64,000 nucleotides of DNA from Alloascoidea hylecoeti (lineage: Eukaryota). How positions within the stretch are numbered: the stretch's first letter is position 1; each line of letters opens with the position of its first letter. The notes below the pieces were generated by a model, which ran no database searches, had not been told where the DNA came from, and saw nothing but the letters and a program-made list of their open reading frames with translations. Positions 58,158-64,000 of this stretch are shown piece by piece. Where the stretch lies: positions 974,613 to 1,038,612 of the forward strand of contig BCKZ01000001.1 of the NCBI GenBank assembly GCA_001600815.1, read 5' to 3'. A program made the translations under genes and the position numbers.

Positions 58158-59450
58158 TTAATGAGTTAAATAATTTAAACTGACCATTTCTAAAGCTCTC
58201 CCACTATAAATAGATCTTTTGTTTAATCCTTTACTACATCTTAAAGATCTAAAATATAATAATTCATTTAATTTTGATTTTGGTAATTTTAATAGTTTGC
58301 CAACTCTTTTTATTGTATTTGCAGTAAATAATCGTTGTTGTTTATTATTATTATTATCAGATTGATTAAAAGTATGATTTGAGAAATTTAAATTTGTATC
58401 CAAATCATTATTAGAATTAATTGACTGTTGATGCTCAATTGCTGATGATGTAGAAGATATGCACTTATTTTGAAAATCGGGGACAACAGCAGGTAATGCA
58501 AGGTTTAGTTTTTCATGCCTGCGATAATCATAACAAAGAGGGATAGTAATTGGTGATGAAGGGGCAGTAGGGGAAGGAGAAGAATGTGGAGATTCTAAAT
58601 CTGAAGAGCTATCATTATCAGTTAAAGAAGGAACTGAATCATAATCGAAATATTCATCGATTTTTAATTCCGTAGGTTTGGTAGTTGTAGATGAAGATGA
58701 AGATGAAGATGAAGATGTTGAGGTAAGTTGCTGTTTAGAGTCGGATTTCTCCTTTTCATCGTTAGAAGCAGTATTAGTATTCTTCTTTGATGTTTTAGTA
58801 ATAGATTTTGGGGTTGGAGTTTTATTAAGCATCGTAAAAATAGAAGAAAAATCCTCTTTTTCTAAAGGCCACCTAAATTTATCCAAATTCTTCGTACCTT
58901 CTATTAATTTTTGTAAATTTTCATTAAAGATCTTCATCTCATCAGCATTATCGGCAAAATCTAATGGAGTCACCAGTTCGGTAGTCAATTCTTCAGGGTT
59001 GAGTAAAGACATATCTGGAAAATCTGGATTCGAATTGTTTGTGGGTAGCATTGGAAAATCAGTAAAAAGGTCACGGAAAGAGACATCAGGACTTGTGATG
59101 CTTTCAAAGGGATGATGGTCTTCACTTACAACGTTATCTTTCAATGAGTCGTGCAATGAATCATGTAGATGGGAATAGATATTAAATGACGAGGAGGAGT
59201 CGAGAGTATCGAAATTTGGTTCAATTTCATCATCATAGAGCAAGACCTCTTCTTTTTTTGGAGAAGAAGGGGGAGATCTGGATCTTGATTTGTGCCTTTT
59301 CTGGATTCGTTTGTGGGTGGATGGTGGTGTAACAGTTCTTGGCCTTTTGGGAGGATTCAGCATCTCATCCATTCGGTCCAAATCGACGGCTTTTCTGACC
59401 CGAGAAGATCGTCTCAGGTGGCAATTGGAGGTTTCTGGAGTATTTGTCAT
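58158..59450 (-). CDS. Hypothetical low-complexity, probably nuclear protein
   Basis: A long ORF (first ATG at 59450) with basic NLS-like segments (LRRSSRVRK, PPKRPR), S/P-rich disorder and a short hydrophobic C-terminal motif. No family was recognised. Confidence 0.7.
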   Translation of the reverse strand: MTNTPETSNCHLRRSSRVRKAVDLDRMDEMLNPPKRPRTVTPPSTHKRIQKRHKSRSRSPPSSPKKEEVLLYDDEIEPNFDTLDSSSSFNIYSHLHDSLHDSLKDNVVSEDHHPFESITSPDVSFRDLFTDFPMLPTNNSNPDFPDMSLLNPEELTTELVTPLDFADNADEMKIFNENLQKLIEGTKNLDKFRWPLEKEDFSSIFTMLNKTPTPKSITKTSKKNTNTASNDEKEKSDSKQQLTSTSSSSSSSSSTTTKPTELKIDEYFDYDSVPSLTDNDSSSDLESPHSSPSPTAPSSPITIPLCYDYRRHEKLNLALPAVVPDFQNKCISSTSSAIEHQQSINSNNDLDTNLNFSNHTFNQSDNNNNKQQRLFTANTIKRVGKLLKLPKSKLNELLYFRSLRCSKGLNKRSIYSGRALEMVSLNYLTH

Positions 59451-59773
59451 TTTGTAGAGTGGATTGTGGAAAAAAGACAAATAGTTATTTTGTCATATAA
59501 ACAATCTTTTTTTAACCTTCCTGTTTTATGTTCACAAAAGAAAAATTTTCAGATGCAATGCAGGTATTCCTGCAACCATGCGCACAATACAGCCAATAGT
59601 GAGTCAGAATGTGCCTAAGTGCATGTGGTATGCGCAATTTGTAATCTCTCTCGTCCAATCAGGATCCGATATATGTAATTAAGATTTAAATTTTCAACTG
59701 AAGTGACGATGACCTCCCTATAATCTGCCGTTTCTATATTTGACTCATAATTTGTCTGAAACTCAGAAATCTT

Positions 59774-59847
59774 GGTTCGATGGTCTAGTTGGTTATGGCA
59801 TCTGCTTAACACGCAGAACGTCCCCAGTTCGATCCTGGGTCGAATCA
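59774..59847 (+). tRNA. tRNA-Val(AAC)
   Basis: Cloverleaf with acceptor GGTTCGA/TCGAATC, anticodon arm TCTGC-TTAACAC-GCAGA and T arm CCCAG-TTCGATC-CTGGG, followed by an oligo-T terminator. Confidence 0.97.
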
Positions 59848-61404
59848 TATTTTTTACTTTTTTCACCATTGGCTCGTAGAATGGATAAACGTGGGCTTGA
59901 GATATTCAAATAAGCACCAGCCAAGAAATCTACTCGATCGATTCTGAAATATAATCATTAATATTAAGTTTTTCTGTAAGCTTAGGGTGCGAAGGGCTAG
60001 GGTATGGCTGTAACTAGCTACATGTGTGAAAAACCCTATAAAGTGGTACGTATGAGCGGTTATAAGCATATATCACCCAAGACTTGGCGACAGGTTAATG
60101 AAATAATTGTGCATTTCCCTATGACAAATCCGACTACATAGTCCATATAAACTTATGACGTTTCAGTTCTAGATCCATTAAAGAATTCAAAATCCTTAAC
60201 ATTTGGTAAACGGGACGATAAAAGCTGCACCTTACTCAATAATAATAATTAGACTTTGTAGTCCCATAATGGTAAAATCAGATATATATTGTGTCTTCAA
60301 AACGAAAAGGCTGCAACTGTACTCATTTGCAAATTAAAATATTGCTTCAATAATATAATTAACTCACCACTCCATGATAGCCTGAATAGTATAATTTTAC
60401 TATTATAGAAATATAATCCTTGTTCAATACTCCAATACTAAAGCTTCTAATCTTCAATCGACTAATATTTCTACATTATAATTAAGATCCAGTTCCTCAA
60501 GTTAAGCTATCATATTTTTAAGCTTTCTGCGGCCGCTTTAAGTGGTAATGAAAAATGATCAACTTTTTTCCTTTGGTACCTCTTACCATCCTTGTGATTG
60601 ATAAAGTGCCTGTTGGAAATTAGAATCAATTATCCCACAAAGCCATAAGACCTCTTGACTGCCCAAGAGTGCCAATATCCAACAGTAATCACCTATATTT
60701 TATAAATCAACTAATAAAATTTATTTCCAATAAGAATGTCAGTGAACAATAATATTATTAGGAATAGTATTAATTCGTTTAAATTAACTCTTCCTCCCTA
60801 ACCATACTCATTTATCCATTAATCCAATCACCAAATCCTCAGATATAAATATAAGTTATATAACCTAAATAATCTATAATGATTCTACATAATATATATC
60901 GACGACTATTACAGTTTACAAGCTTACCAGCTACCTGAAAAATATCATAAATGTTTTCCAATAATGCTAAGTTTAAGGGACCAAATATATCCAGAATTGG
61001 TATTACCTGCCGCAATGAACAATGATAATAAAAGGCATACGGATATTTTAATAAATAACGCTTTCCAGATTCAGTATTTTTATCATATATGAAATAATAT
61101 CATATGCAGATTTCTGTATTTTATTTGATGATGATACACCATGTGAGGATAATACACAAAGAGAACTTGTCTGGTACAAAAACTAGGTGTTATATAAATC
61201 CCACCATTGTTAAATTTTATTTAATCTGTGAATAAAATCACTGATCTTATGCTTTTCCTATTGACTTGTATATCGATACTTTTAATATATTAAGGGACCA
61301 TCTAGGCTCTAAATTAAACCAAAATAGTAGACAATATTTATGGGGAAAAAATGATTTCTTTTTGTTTATATCTAATCATTTTATTATAAATTATACTACT
61401 AGCT

Positions 61405-61692
61405 AATCTAATTTTTTTTTCTTTCATACTTTAACGTTTTATTATAAACTATACTAATCTATAAGAGGATTAAAACTATGAGTAGAGAATTATTTAAATA
61501 AATTGTTATACCCTGGCGGTGCAACCTTGTCTTAATTTTATATTTATTTGTATCTTTTTTTTTTTTTAACTTTATCATTTTATTATAAATTATAAAAATC
61601 TATAAAAAAGTTAAAACAAAACGTAAGTATAGAATTATTTAAAAGTGTTATACCTTGACAGTACAACAATGTCTGTTTTGTATTTATATCTA
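61405..61692. repeat. Degenerate tandem duplication, unit of about 140 bp, 2 copies plus a partial copy
   Basis: ttttattataaa-tata...aatctataa...agaattatttaaa...tgttatacc...caac...tgtct...tatttat occurs twice in succession. Confidence 0.75.
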
Positions 61693-62188
61693 AGAATCAG
61701 TTTCCGTCGTTCAATATTTGCTAAATGAATAATAGTATCTGAGTCTATTTTGAGATGAGTTGAATCTTCTGTTTACTCGCTAAAATCTCTGAAATTAGGC
61801 TTAGACTTTGAATTATTTTAGTATCTTTGTACGTTGGGCATATCAAGTCATCCAAACTTTATATATATATCTTTACCTAAGAAGTGTTGGAAAATTGTTG
61901 TTTTTGTTTGACAATTATTGAAAACATGATCTTCTGTTTCGATCATTAGTTGTAGGCAAAGAATACACTTATTCATATTACCATTTTTATGATCACTTGA
62001 GGTAAGACTCCAGTGATGTGTGTAGTGTCGGAGATTTAGTATGAATAAAATCTACTGACTGACCTGGTTCTTTCCTATTGATCCTGTGTAAGAGCATCCA
62101 CCATTCTTTCCAGTCCTGTGTGAACCCGTTAAGAGGATAAAAATAATTCTTTGATTTTTAAAAATTAAAAACGAATTTCACAACTCGT

Positions 62189-62262
62189 TGATTCGACCCA
62201 GGATCGAACTGGGGACGTTCTGCGTGTTAAGCAGATGCCATAACCAACTAGACCATCGAACC
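62189..62262 (-). tRNA. tRNA-Val(AAC), identical second copy
   Basis: Exact reverse complement of 59774-59847. Confidence 0.97.
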
Positions 62263-63070
62263 TTAATTATTTTTAAATAATTATTAATATTTCCTCAAGA
62301 ATATCTCATCGAGCGGTGGTCCAAATATTAAATGAGATTGATTGGGGGATTCTAAGATCTAAAAACTTGAAAAAGTAAAAAATATCTAATAAAAAAAAAA
62401 TTACTTTTAAGGTGGTCTAGGTTCATGAGAGAAGAAAGAAGAGTGGCAAGAATATACAAAAATAAGAAGAATAGAAAAAGAGGTTTTTATTTCACTATAT
62501 ACAGTAGAGATTTCCTCAGTATTTACATAGTTTCTAGTTATATGACTTAATTATATGAAAAGTTAAAAAAAAAATATAAGCTTATAAGTTTATATTTTTA
62601 TACCAATCGTAGAGGGAACGGGTGTTGAATATTATATAAAAATCGGTCTCTGTACCAGAGAGACTCCTGTGTAAAAGATCTTATATTTTCTACCAGGCGA
62701 CATCACTCGAGTCCAATTCAGACTTCTCAGCATACCATATAACCTTATAGGAAACCTCAGGACCTCAATTATTTTCGGAGAAAACACTGAGAAGGATCTG
62801 TTTAACTTCACAGAATTTTCTGAATGAATGGATGGCAAGCTGAAGTTGTGTGGGATGAATAAGAGCGTACGTGTTCGCAGGAGTGGCAGGGCAAGTCGTT
62901 AAATGGTCCTGATTCCCCAAAAGTGGTGTATGCAGGTCACTGATGGTTCGTCGTATATTTAAAGACCCGCCGCCATTGTTATACATCCATATCAAATTGA
63001 GAACCAGCACCATATATTTCAGCTTGCGTCTCCACAACGCTGAACAACCTCCAGCTCAACTATAGCTAAT

Positions 63071-63937
63071 ATGAAGAAAGAAAGTAAACCATATGCTAAG
63101 GAACAGGAATTCGTTTCAATTGGTGAGCCAGTTCCAAAGTTTGACAGTTTCGAAGGATATGAATTTTCCAAGATTGGGACCCTGCCGCCATCATCACCCC
63201 TTCTCCCCGTAAATAACATTGACGGTTATATCCAGCCTGATAGCGCATTATACACCATTCTCTCAATGCCAAAACTAGTTATTTGTCGTAAATACAAAAC
63301 ATGGAAGAATAGCAAGCATTTTGATACATATTATATCACTGATGAATTTGGAAATCATCTGGGCTATATTATTGAAGATAGTACAACGGATGGGCCACGT
63401 TCCGAAAATATCCAGTTGGTAATGTTTGATATTTATGGAAATGAGTTGATGAAAATAAAACAGAAGTCCTCGAAGTTTCGATATCACTACCAGGCATTAA
63501 TAAATGATCCAGCAACTGATGAGGATGTAGAATTCGGTCGCACTGAAGGAAAAACAACTTTACTGAAAAAGAAGTTTGACCTAAGACAACAGTCGGTGGG
63601 GATAAAAGACCAATACAATCTATTTGCAAAGGTCCGTAAACTGTCTCGCGGAAAGGATTTTGTGGCAACAAATGGAGTTGGTGGCATTTACGCTGCAGTT
63701 ACCCACCAGTCTTTGGGTATTAAAAAGGAACTTCTGACTGATTCTGCTGTCTTCATTCTTCGCATGGACCCCAGTGTGCTTGGAGTAAATCTAGACAATT
63801 CAATCAAGAAATTCGTGGAAATTTCTATTGACCAAAGAGCAATTTTGCTAACTACAGTGATCGGCATTGATTTTGAATTTTATAACACTGAAAAATCTGT
63901 GACCAATGTTATCTATTCGTCAGCACCTATAATTTGA
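63071..63937 (+). CDS. Phospholipid scramblase family protein (Aim25-like, divergent)
   Basis: YYITDEFGNHLGYIIE, ELLTDSAVFILRMD and SIDQRAILLTTVIGIDFEFY resemble Aim25/scramblase segments. Confidence 0.75.
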   Translation: MKKESKPYAKEQEFVSIGEPVPKFDSFEGYEFSKIGTLPPSSPLLPVNNIDGYIQPDSALYTILSMPKLVICRKYKTWKNSKHFDTYYITDEFGNHLGYIIEDSTTDGPRSENIQLVMFDIYGNELMKIKQKSSKFRYHYQALINDPATDEDVEFGRTEGKTTLLKKKFDLRQQSVGIKDQYNLFAKVRKLSRGKDFVATNGVGGIYAAVTHQSLGIKKELLTDSAVFILRMDPSVLGVNLDNSIKKFVEISIDQRAILLTTVIGIDFEFYNTEKSVTNVIYSSAPII

Positions 63938-64000
63938 ATAGGATGTGGAACTCCTAAGTCAATTAACCTAGGAGACTAAAGAGACTTGGCTTTTTACGTC

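Noticed and set aside
59615..59869. 84-aa minus-strand ORF
   Set aside because: It is an antisense reading of the tRNA-Val gene.
62011..62061. CAGTGATGT...CTGACTG, C/D snoRNA-like
   Set aside because: The C box is imperfect and the span is only about 50 nt.

Overview
AT-rich, intron-rich fungal genomic DNA, most consistent with an early-diverging budding yeast (Saccharomycotina). The genes are yeast-like, most introns are short (about 55-110 nt) with CTAAC/CTAAT branch points, and CTG codons fall at conserved Leu positions, so this is not the CUG-Ser clade. About 26 protein-coding genes can be reconstructed, many of them split by introns that the ORF track misses. They include glucose-6-P 1-epimerase, SBA1, a UCC1-like F-box protein, kinesin-3, dynein LC8, a UBX protein, an NPL3/Srp2-like SR protein, CYM1, RPN9, BNA7, RRP3, LEO1, profilin, IAH1, a YCII protein, a GH18 chitinase, PI-PLC, a Zn2Cys6 transcription factor, ERG6, a Gfo/Idh/MocA oxidoreductase, CENP-A/CSE4, HOF1, YET/BAP31, an AGP2-like permease and an Aim25-like scramblase. 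Two identical tRNA-Val(AAC) genes lie in inverted orientation. Highlights: (1) an intact 977-aa stand-alone ORF with a Ty3/gypsy-type Gag capsid, a CCHC knuckle and possibly a second capsid-like domain, but no pol or LTRs, which is a candidate domesticated capsid gene; (2) enlarged introns in the SR-protein gene carrying cryptic PTC-generating splice sites, suggesting AS-NMD autoregulation; (3) a tandem RRP3 duplication series that includes an intact RecA2-only copy with degenerate motifs; (4) an unannotated isopenicillin-N-acyltransferase-like (C45) pseudogene; (5) a candidate intronic C/D snoRNA in profilin. All family assignments come from motif recognition by eye, and no searches were run.
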